Shown: positions 1 through 12,001 of the stretch, piece after piece
Numbering within the stretch: position 1 is the first letter of the stretch
Layout of the letters: the number at the start of each line of letters is the position of its first letter
DNA from: Macrostomum lignano
Lineage: Eukaryota
Length of the DNA: 64,000 nucleotides
Direction: 5' to 3'
NCBI GenBank assembly: GCA_002269645.1
Contig: NIVC01000237.1
Location: 496,001-560,000 of the forward strand
Translations under genes and position numbers: made by a program
Notes under the pieces: model-generated
The model's input: the letters and a program-made list of their open reading frames with translations, nothing else
The model's database searches: none
What the model was told of the DNA's origin: nothing

Positions 1-648
1 TGTTTTGTTGAGTGGCGGTTTGAACTCCTCAAGTCAAAATAGGAATCCGAAGCTGAGACTGGAAGCTTGCGCTGTCCAAGCGGCCTGTCCTCTCTCCTAT
101 AAATACATTGCAGAGACCCCATTGTGGGTGGCCCAAAATACTATCGCAATACGCTGTGTTTGACTCATTTTGCAAGCGATTTTTCTAACTGAATTTGACA
201 AACTGTAGCTTCAATAAGCATAACAGAGAAGCTCAAGCTGTTGCCATTCAGGAACCAGCTTCACTTTTTGACTCATTGTCAAAGTATGCTTGGATAGACT
301 GTATGTGAACTGTATGAATACGGACTGAAAATGAGAAAATCTGTTAGCATGCTCGTGTGCATTCGTGCACCGGCTTTGCAGTCTACATGTACCTGCGGCA
401 AGTGCTTACGTGTAGGTGAGAGCGTCATCACCATCAGTCCATAGTATTAATTAACTGGCTGGGTTAAGACTGCTGCAATTAATCAGGCCTTTGTGCCTGC
501 AGGCGTACAGCTCTGAGCGTAAAACTACTGTGATTACGGGGGGCAGACTGCTTTATGAAAATTGAAACTCAAAGTAGGCTAAAAACTCAGCACGCGCATT
601 TCTAATTAATTAAACAGCTGAGACTAAGCGCTGCTTGTTAAAAAAGCA

Positions 649-1003
649 CGACTTGCGTCAGTGATGCTTGATCAGTCTCGGTGAGGCACACTATGTGTGT
701 TTGCGTCATTGATGCTTGATCAGTCTCGGTGACGCACCCTATGTGTGTTTGCGTCAGTGATTCTTGATCAGTGTCAGTGCCGCACATTATGTGTGTTTGC
801 GTCAGTGATGCTTGATCAGTCTCGGTGACGCACCCTATGTGTGTTTGCGTCAGTGATTCTTGATCAGTGTCAGTGCCGCACATTATGTGTGTTTGCGTCA
901 GTGATGCTTGATCAGTGTCAGTGCCGCACATTATGTGTGTTTGCGTCAGTGATTCTTGATCAGTGTCAGTGCCGCACATTATGCGTGTTTGCGTCAGTGA
1001 TGC
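649..1003. repeat. Minisatellite, ~48-bp unit
   Basis: Repeats of gtgatgcttgatcagt...tatgtgtgtttgcgtca; the 638..979 ORF has a 16-aa periodicity. Confidence 0.95.
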
Positions 1004-2939
1004 CTAACTATGTCGTCAGGGATGTTTAGTTTGCGTTAGTAACGCTTAATTAATCTGTCAACGACGCGGTAATGATTGAATCCTGTGTTTTGCGCCGTGG
1101 AATCTACATGTAAATTCGTAGTGGTTACAATTTACCAAAATTAAAATATTGAAAAACCCCCACCTCGCTACCTAGCAGCCTGCTAAAACTTAGAAACTTT
1201 GCTTTATTGCCGGTCTCTGGTCGCATTCCTTGAAGAAACGGCTTGATAAACTTGAGTACTACTTTGCAGAAAAGTTTCAGCGTCAGCGTCAGTGTAATAA
1301 TTGGAATCTCATGCTTGGTTCAACTAACCGAAACTTCTCATCGGAACCATGGATGGCCACTCAGGTACAGAAATATACAGTTACGGGAACTCTTAACTGG
1401 AAAATTCCATATTTCATCTTCTTTTCTTCTTTTCTTCTTTTCTATATTCGGAGAACCAGAAATGCCGGCTGCTCTGCTGCTCCCATCTCCATTTCTTCCG
1501 TTCGCTCCATCCGCACACCCCCAGGAAGCAGAGCGGCCCGGCCCAGGCCAGCATCCGCGGGGAATCCGAGAAGAGGTTCTGAGAAATAGTAATTAGTCTA
1601 CCGTCCGAACCTCTAGCGGGTCTGCAGCCGCCGCATAATCATTGCTGAGCAGTGCTCATTCACGGATTCTCAATTTCCTGCCAAGCTGGGACTATAGAAT
1701 TTCAGTTTCTCTCACCTGTATAAAGGTTTCTTGGAATATCCACAGTTGCTAGGCAAACCGGGCGGGCTGCGGGTACTTCGATTACACGATTTGAACGCTG
1801 CCGAGTCTGCTTATTTAGTGAGCAGTGCTCAAGGATTTGCGTAACATTAATTAACTTTTATAAATCTGTATATCTTCGGAGCCAGTTTATTCCACACCGG
1901 CTGCATTTTAGCTCCTGTCTAGAAGTAAAGGACATGCAGGCTGCCCGACCGCTAATGGACACAAATGCTTTGCAGTCCTGTGCTCCCATCCGCATCTGTT
2001 GCTACTTGAATTCCTGTTTGGCCGGTTCCTCAAGCCCAAACTGCAGAGAGCGATGGCAAATCCTGTCCCTAATAGCGGACTAATCGCTCCTGGGCCTCTG
2101 CTTCCCTCGGATCTACTTAATGCATCGATTCTTGTAGAGAAGGCGTGTCTTTTTTAATGGAAAGTGCTCACACTTGGTAATGCAGAATGACATCTGACGT
2201 TTAGCTTGCATTTATATATTGTATATACGAGCGTACATGTACGGTGGATTAGTGTGTTGAATTTCTCGAATGAAAAATGCATTTCAATATAGACGGATGC
2301 GTGAATAAATGGCATGATTGCGCACACAGGCTGCATAGACGATTGAGAAGGTTGTCGAATGCCAATGGGTCAATTTTCACGTAGTAGTCGGCTTTTGCTT
2401 CAAATGCTTTGAAAAGATTTTCTTAGAAATATGAAGCCAGCGGCCAACAAGGAACGTAAATTTGGAATATTTTAAGGAACGTCCCTGAGAAAGTGGTGCA
2501 TGATCAATTATAGGGGTATCACGGAAGGAGAGGGTTGGCTTGATACAGCGATGAATTTTGAGTTCGTGACTTGTCAAGATGTGGGACGCAGCAAGTAATC
2601 GGCTGCATTTGATGGAACTTCTAACAGTCGGTTCGAGAATCATAACAGACAAGCAGTCGAAAATCTATTCTTCAATGTACGGAAATGTGTTTGGTGCACA
2701 TGCTGACGACTGCTTTACACCGCTTTCTGCTTGCCTGTCACTACTGATAGGTCATCTAAAATATGCTGCTGCTCTGCTTATTACGATCACAATGGTTGTA
2801 TAATTTCATTAAATCCATTTCAGTTCAGCCCCAAAACCCCTCTGTGCGGTCCCATAGACTAAACAGCAATTTCCGGGGTTTATTTGGTTTAATCTCAAGA
2901 AAAGAAACAAATTTAAATGAGATGATGCATGGTTTTACT

Positions 2940-3354
<415 letters not shown>

Positions 3355-5315
3355 ACAACCCTTTGATTGTTCCAGTAGCATCCTTAAATCCTGGTTATAG
3401 AATTGGGACATCTCCAGCATCAAATTGCAATACACGGCCCTGATGCAATTGCTGCAAAAATCGTCCGTATGCATCGCACGAGCCCCGTTGCATACATGTA
3501 TCTGGACTAGCTGATCTCCTTCCTTGCCCGTCAGCGCTGCAAAACAAGTATGAATACTATTCCTTTAAAATGTTCCTAGACGAAAACGCGGATTTCATCC
3601 ACATTTCTTTGGAAGCAAAGTTTCCTAAATCGCGAAGAAAACTGGACCTACATGCGGACGGATGCGCCGCTGCCGCAGGCTGGCTCTGCCCGGCAGGTGC
3701 GCTAATTGCACCGAAGGTTTCCAAGCCAGAAATCCAGACAGACACTCCCTGATTTTCATTTCATGTCTGCTTTTTTCCTTTCTCTCAAGAGAGACGCATC
3801 TGCTGCGGAGGGGCTTCAGAACAGAGGGGGGGGCAGGACTGGGCCAGATCAAAAGCAAATTAAATTCTAACTGGGAGTCTGCAAATGATGATACTAAAAC
3901 TGGCTTTGTTACACATTAATTATAAGATTTCGTTAATTGCAATGACGCAGTTTCCCAGGTCTACATCTCAATTCCTTCATTCCTACTAATTTCTAGTTCA
4001 CGTGATTCGAGTAGCATGAAGTACAATTTTTTGGCGAAATTCGCCACTTCAAGTCAATTGAAATGGAAATTTTGGCGCTTTTTTAATTGAACGTTAAAGA
4101 ATTTTGCCACTTGTAAAGTAAATTGATGCAGGTAATTAAGGAAAAGCGCTCGACACTTAGCCATCGACTCCACCCTCCAGGCGGGGGGTGGAAGGGGGGG
4201 CGAACCGCTAGTCCACTATACTAAAATCCATTCTGCTATTACCGATATGGATAACAACTGAGTACATCCAAATTCAACCTACATGTCTTACGAGTACCAT
4301 TGGAAAGTAGTCGTACACCATGGTTAAGGTTGCCAATTATTTTTTCGGCAATTTGAAAATTATTTTTGAATGAAAAACTGCAGAAAAACAAGAAAACACC
4401 GTCAGATGTACTAGTGAGACGAAAATAACACGAAGATTTATTATTTTTTTGCCGGCTGAAATTTTCCACAACCGATGCGCGCTCCGTGGCTGTTGTTGAC
4501 TTCGGGCAGGGGGGGGCGGTTTTGGCGGGGATGAGGCAGCAAGCGCGAGCTCTCTGTAAATTTATCCATTTTTCAGACACGGAGATGACAAAAACACGAC
4601 CCATCGATGCTGAGAATGCTGATTTTTTAGTAGCTCAATAAGGTTTCTCAGCCAGAAAATCGTCCCCACTGGGATTAGATTGGATGAGGCAGTTGCATGA
4701 AAACCACGATGCTTAATAATAAACAGGTGACGTACAGATTGAGGAAAATGTGAAATATTCTATGAAAGGTGACATCAATTTATAAATGTTTGCAAATAAT
4801 CTTAACCATTAATCGAAAAGGCATTGCGATATGTTTGCCTTGCGTACACTGGGTTTCACAGTAATTATTACAGTAATATGTGGCAACATATCTCACAGAT
4901 TTAACCTATTGATTCGTATTGAATCGAATATTCAAAAGCGCGTTAAACTGATCAGTGTAAGAATTTTAAGCCACTTTGAGCTACTCGAACCACGCTGCGA
5001 GCTTGCTCAAAGTATCGGTGAGTGCTAGCGGTGCGTCCTCAATTCAACAGTTTCTTGCACGTTAAGTGGCGTGCTAATCAGCTGTCCCTAACTCCATAGC
5101 CTTGGCGACTCAATTTTTGCCGGCACCCTGAGGGCCCGTGCACACAGCGCTCATTTTTCCAATGGATTTTAAAATTGTTTTACCTCCTTTGTTTTAGAGA
5201 CATACGAGCGTAGTTGTAAACGACGGAGAATTCAAGTTTGAGTTTGTTCAAAACAACTTATTTGCGGTGACGACTTGAATACTTTCAGTAATGGGACGCT
5301 CTGCTTCCAGGTGAG

Positions 5316-6986
5316 TCATTCCTGACCCAGCGTTCCCCTGGTGCAGGTGGTGCGCACGGAATTGCAGAAGCCGCACACCTGCTGCTTGAAGTAGGTGTTC
5401 ATGCAGCCGTAGATAATAGGATTGACGCCATGGTTGATGAAGTAGAAATAGAACAGAGTCTGAGTGAGAACTCTGCTCAACCACTCCGGCGACATCGACG
5501 AGCTTCCTTCGTTGCCTCGAGAATCGGGGCCCGCGTCGCCCAGCTGGTCGAGCTTCACAATCTGGCCGAACCCGCCCGCTGGTCCGTCAGCCAAGCTGCC
5601 GTTTGGCGCGCTGAAGTTCGACCCCAGTGAGACGTCCGCCGACGGAAACGGAGCACCGTCCAGCACGATGTGTCCCGGTCCTCGGCCGCCAGCGCCGCTG
5701 GCCTCGTGCAGGTTGAACACCAGAAAGAATGGCAAGTAGGACAGCAGGTAGAAGAAGGTGATGATGCTCAGCACTTTAGCAGTTTTTATGTGCGGCTTCT
5801 TTCTCGACCGCTCGGACAAGTGACGGTGCGCCACGGCCAGGCGGCCGCTGACCACAGAGTCCTCTCGGATGTGCGGCTGAGGGCCATGCCTCGACCGGTG
5901 CCTTTGATGCTCTTGCCTGCGGGACAGCATGACCTCTTCGTGCTGCTGCCGCTCATCGTCCTCCAGCTGACCAGCCGCCGGCTTCTCCTCAGCTCCGTCG
6001 TCGTCTTCGATATCGTTCACGTCGTCGCTCAAGTTCAGCACCGCGTCGATGTTTGTCTCTTGAATGCCGGTGCCGCCTACTCGACGAGTGCCGCAAGTTG
6101 AGGTGACCTCCGTCCCTCCGTCGTCCAGACGCGACACCATTGAGACGGAGTTCGCGGCAGCCGCAGTTGCGGTCAGTTCGGCAGAGCCGCTCGTGCCGCC
6201 TGCGTCGCGCTGGTTCGAGCGCGCCCGACGGACGAGGTTGCGCGACTTGGCCCAGCGAATCTGGCGGCGGCGCACGAACAGAAAGATGCTGGTGTAGAAG
6301 AAGACAATCAGCAGAAGCAGCAGAAGGAAAAGCACCGTTAGGCCCGTCTTGTACGCCTTCAGGGTTGCCATGGAGACAATGCTGTAGTCGGAGATGCAGT
6401 GCTGCACGTTCAGCGGCATGCCGCTGTAGGATTGCACCTTCCTGACGTTGATGCGCACCTGGTGGCGGGTGCCGGTGGTCAGGCCGAGCGGCGAGCCGAT
6501 GCAAAGGCCGGCGCCCACAGCCAGGCAGATGAGCAGCGCGGACTTCCTGCGGCCAGTCTGGATGCCCGGCACGAAGCAGATGATCACAAATCGGTCCACC
6601 GCGATCAGACAGAGCAGGAAGGCGGATGTGACGATCAGGGAGCAGCGCAGGACGTGGAACGCCTTGCAGGAGAAGTCGGAGCTGGCCCCGCGCCACACGT
6701 CCTGGTAGACGGTGGACGGAACAACCACGGCGCAGACGATGAGGTCCAGGACGGCCAGGGCGATGACGTAGACATTCTGGGGCAGGTCGCGGAGGCTGCG
6801 GTGGAAGAACACGATGACCATGAGGTTGCCGGCGATGCCAAGGAGAGCGAGAGCGCCCAGGCAGAGGCTGAGGCCCACCGCCAGCGGGCGGGGCAGGTCG
6901 CCGCTCCGCTGCGAGGCCAGCAGGACGTTCTGCAGCCAGGCTTCGTCGGGCTGATGCGGCTGGTGCGCCAGCTCCGGATGTTCCAT
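5316..6986 (-). CDS. Class A (rhodopsin-like) GPCR, peptide-receptor-like orphan, single coding exon, 556 aa
   Basis: Seven hydrophobic segments; GN in TM1 (GIAGNLMV), LAxxD in TM2 (LAVLDL), DRF in TM3, Cys in ECL1/TM3 and ECL2, NPIIY in TM7. Confidence 0.93.
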   Translation of the reverse strand: MEHPELAHQPHQPDEAWLQNVLLASQRSGDLPRPLAVGLSLCLGALALLGIAGNLMVIVFFHRSLRDLPQNVYVIALAVLDLIVCAVVVPSTVYQDVWRGASSDFSCKAFHVLRCSLIVTSAFLLCLIAVDRFVIICFVPGIQTGRRKSALLICLAVGAGLCIGSPLGLTTGTRHQVRINVRKVQSYSGMPLNVQHCISDYSIVSMATLKAYKTGLTVLFLLLLLLIVFFYTSIFLFVRRRQIRWAKSRNLVRRARSNQRDAGGTSGSAELTATAAAANSVSMVSRLDDGGTEVTSTCGTRRVGGTGIQETNIDAVLNLSDDVNDIEDDDGAEEKPAAGQLEDDERQQHEEVMLSRRQEHQRHRSRHGPQPHIREDSVVSGRLAVAHRHLSERSRKKPHIKTAKVLSIITFFYLLSYLPFFLVFNLHEASGAGGRGPGHIVLDGAPFPSADVSLGSNFSAPNGSLADGPAGGFGQIVKLDQLGDAGPDSRGNEGSSSMSPEWLSRVLTQTLFYFYFINHGVNPIIYGCMNTYFKQQVCGFCNSVRTTCTRGTLGQE

Positions 6987-7002
6987 TGGCTGATGGCTCG
7001 GT

Positions 7003-7523
7003 CTGCACAGTTTGGTTAGACAGTTTTATCAAGCTGTTCAAATCATTCTGTAGTAAAGGTTCTATGCTCGATCCCGGAGGCTAGAACTAGAACTCTGTAG
7101 GATTCAAGAAGACCTTCTAGAATCACTGAGGACCCGTGAGGACCCGTGAGGACCCGTGAGGACCTGTAAAGACACGTGAGGACCCGTGAGGACCCGTGAG
7201 GACCCGTGAGGACCCGTGAGGACCCGTGAGGACCCGTGAGGACCCTGAGAACCCCTGAGGACTCATGAAGACCCCTGAGGACCCGAGAGGACCCGAGAGG
7301 ACCCGTGAGGACCTGTGAGGACCCGTGAGGACCCGTGAGGACCCGCGAGGACCCGTGACTAGGACAAGGAGGAAATAAGTTCACTCATCCGTTCGCACAA
7401 GTTCTAATTGCCCTGCCTGCAGTAATTCGGTCAGTCCATGCGCCAGGTACAAGTAGGTCAGCTTTGATCAAGATTTGATCAAAGGAGCAGCAAAAATCAG
7501 ACAGCATCGATAGCTTCACTTAC
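7003..7523 (-). other. 5'UTR intron of the GPCR, containing a 10-bp (gaggacccgt) array at ~7128-7357
   Basis: Minus-strand donor GTAAGT at 7523, branch-like CTAAC at 7019-7015 and acceptor CAG at 7005-7003, 16 nt before the ATG. Confidence 0.7.
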
Positions 7524-8063
7524 CCGCTGATTTGGTGAACGCTGAAAACAAGAGCTTGCTTGCTCTTTCCTTCCTTCTGCTAGGGGCAGCGGTAGCGAGG
7601 ATTTTACTGCACGTCAGCCTGCCTGGAAGGATGCAAAACACAGCAGAAAGCTTTTGCTCTGCTGCCTTGGGGAACTCGGCTGAGACCCGACAGCTGTGGA
7701 GTTCAGATCGGGAACGGCAGCGGAGGCACTTCAGAGCTCCCGCTGGATTTTTGCCTCTCAGAATTAAGAAGTATTGCGTCTCCTCAGCAGCGTCTTGTCT
7801 TCTCTGCCCCTGTTAAAACTGACTGCTGCCGATTTGCCTGGAAGGGGCCTGATTGGCCAGGTTGCACTTGCACTTGCTGACGGCTGGGAGGCTGGGATCC
7901 GGATGAGGGGCTCAGGCCGGCTCAGAAAGCCCAGCTCGCAAATAAGATGCAGCAGTGAGCGTCAATTAGAGAGTGGGGCGAGAAACACCTATAGCCAATA
8001 TTAGTTTATTTGATTTTGAGTACGTCTGGCACGAATCGATAGGGTGATTGAGTTTGGGAACCC

Positions 8064-8914
<851 letters not shown>

Positions 8915-9459
8915 AAGCATGAAAGGCAGCAGCCTAGTAGTGAAATTCAATATTGACACCAGCCACTCGGGTTGCAAAGCAGACACGAACAGGTTATTGA
9001 CTTTTGCGTTAAATAAAGGAAAGCTCTTTATCCTCACTTCTTTTGTTCGATCCTTTGTTGCCTTGTGAATTGACTCGCCCGTGCAGCCACACCCTCGGTG
9101 TTTCCGCAGCCGCCGTCATTGGCTTCGCAGGGCTGCGGCCTCGCCAAACAAATCTCACAGCAATTACTTTTATCACCCTGTTAAATTGGTCCAGAAGGCC
9201 TCCGTGGCCGAACAGACAGATTTTCTCTGGCTGGCATTTTTAATTAACTGAATATTCAGCGCACGGCCCACGAAGGGGTCCCTCGATAGGCTCTGGCCCG
9301 GCCACGCCCCTCCTGAGCGCCTGGCCCAGGACCTTTGTCTGTCTCCGGATTGGCAGTCAAAGGCGTCTAAAAGGCTGCTGACAGAACGGCAATTATGGCT
9401 TTTGATGCAGACACTGATAACGGGATTTAGTGTAGAGGTGGTTTAATCTTAGGGTGTGA

Positions 9460-10205
9460 AAGGTGTGAGCCACCTCGGTTGTCAGGTGTGACTATTTGAT
9501 TTTCAGGTGTGAGTCACTTTGGTTATCAGGTGTGACTATTTGGTTATCAGGTGTGAGCCACTTTGGTTATCAGGTGTGACTATTTGATTTTCAGGTGTGA
9601 GCCACTTCGGTCGTCAGGTGTGACTATTTGATTTTCAGGTGTGAGCCACTTTGGTTATCAGGTGTGACTATTTGATTTTCAGGTGTGAGCCACATCGGTC
9701 GTCAGGTGTGACTATTTGATTTTCAGGTGTGAGCCACTTCGGTCGTCAGGTGTGACTATTTGGTTATCAGGTGTGAGCCACTTTGGTTATCAGGTGTGAC
9801 TATTTGATTTTCAGGTGTGAGCCACTTCGGTTGTCAGGTGTGACTATTTGGTTATCAGGTGTGAGCCACTTCGGTTGTCAGGTGTGACTATTTGGTTATC
9901 AGGTGTGAGCCACTTCGGTTGTCAGGTGTGACTATTTGGTTATCAGGTGTGAGCCACTTCGGTTGTCAGGTGTGACTATTTGGTTATCAGGTGTGAGCCA
10001 CTTCGGTTGTCAGGTGTGACTATTTGGTTATCAGGTGTGAGCCACTTCGGTCGTCAGGTGTGACTATTTGATTTTCAGGTGTGAGCCACTTTGGTTATCA
10101 AGTGTGACTATTTGGTTATCAGGTGTGAGCCACTTTGGTTGTCAGGTGTGACTATTTGGTTGTCAGGTGTGACTATTTGATTGTCAGTTGTGACTATTTG
10201 GTTGT
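9460..10205. repeat. Minisatellite of alternating 21/23-bp subunits (~44-bp dimer), each starting caggtgtga
   Basis: caggtgtgactatttg(g/a)tt(a/t)t alternates with caggtgtgagccactt(c/t)ggt. Confidence 0.95.
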
Positions 10206-10677
10206 CCGGCACGCCTCTTTTGAAGGCTTTAGCCAACAAACCTTATCTGTCAAGCTGTGTAAACGTTTCATCAGAAATATGGTTAATATTTTTGAAATGC
10301 GCATTTTCTAGCTCAATAAAATTAAATATTTGAGCTAGAAAATGCCCAGCTCAAATTAAGTCTGTTCTCATTTTTCAGTTTAATCCGTTTTGCAATTTGA
10401 CAGAGTCGATTTTCTGTTAGGACCATTAAAAGCCGCTGGTCAAAGTTCCAAGGGGAGCCCCGTAGCTGTCGCCACAATGTGGCAGAAGTCTCGCCCTCCG
10501 TCTGGTCTCCGTCACCCTGAGCAGCTCTCGGAGCATCCGCAGCCGGGAGGGGGGCGAATTGATTACCCGGGGGGGGAATGTCAGTCCCAGCCGGATGTGG
10601 GGATGGGAGTTGCTTGGGCGGATTATTTTCGGCCTGTGCAGGACAGGCAGGCAAACAGCCAGGGCAAAAGTCTGTTC

Positions 10678-10836
<159 letters not shown>

Positions 10837-11112
10837 GAGCTCTCCGTGCCGCTCTGGTGGCTGAAAGAAAATCTGCGACTTCCTTTGACGCAACTCCGGC
10901 TGCCCTGTTTTGTGCTTTTTCCTCTCTGCCGCAAAACTGGAACTCCGACTCGCATGACTAATTGGGCAATGAGAGCTGACCGCGTTTTTTGTATAAGGAA
11001 GAAGAGTTTTAACAGCAGAATCTGGTGAGCACAAAGTTGTTTTTTAATAAAGCTCCTCCCCGTCTGAGGTTCGCGAGGGCGCTGGCGATGTGTGAAGTTC
11101 AGTTTCCAAGCC

Positions 11113-11420
11113 CCTGACAACTGACACCCTGACAACTGACACCCTGACAACTGACACCCTGACAACTGACACCCTGACAACTGACACCCTGACAACTGAC
11201 ACCCTGACAACTGACACCCTGACAACTGACACCCTGACAACTGACACCCTGACAACTGACACCCTGACAACTGACACCCTGACAACTGACACCTTGACAA
11301 CCTGACAACTGACATCCTGACAACTGACACCCTGACAACTGACACCTTGACAACCTGACAACTGACATCCTGACAACTGACACCCTGACAACTACTTACA
11401 CTCTAACACCCTGACACTCT
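11113..11420. repeat. 15-bp minisatellite (ctgacaactgacacc)
   Basis: Read directly. Confidence 0.95.
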
Positions 11421-12001
11421 GAAATTACGAATTATTGATTCCTAAATTAAACACTTACTGCTAACTTAAAATTACAGTGAAACATAAACCCTAAAAAACA
11501 ATACATAAATACCCCAAAACACAAACCCCAAAAACACAAACCCCAAAACACAAACCCCAAAACACAAACCCGTAAACACAAACCCTGAAACTCACACCTT
11601 GAAACGCCCCCATCATCAAGTTTCAGTCAAGTTGCCAGTTAAGTACAGTATAAGTAGTTTAACGAGTATTGCAAATACCGTTTTTCGCTATCTGTGAAGA
11701 GAGTGCTTCATATGACATCGGTTTTATTGGGTCCACAGAACTCTGGCAAGCATGATGGGGGTTGCAAAATTCGGTGAACATCGGGGGCTCAATTTCGGTA
11801 CTCAATCAAGCTGCTCAGGCTGGCAGCTTCATCAGCCGGTCTGCAGTAATTATCAGGACAGAGTGAGGAGGCTGAATGGAGGCCTCACCGATAATTGTAT
11901 TCTGGCGGATTGGTCCAATCGGGACGAATTTGCAAATCTTGAAGCAACTTTTAAAGAAGCAAAAGAAGCAAACCAGCTCGAGAACACAGCGCGATATAAC
12001 A

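Noticed and set aside
5430-7041. Overlapping and antisense ORFs across the GPCR (e.g. 5989-7041, 6399-7019)
   Set aside because: Expected shadow ORFs of a very GC-rich CDS; no recognisable motifs.
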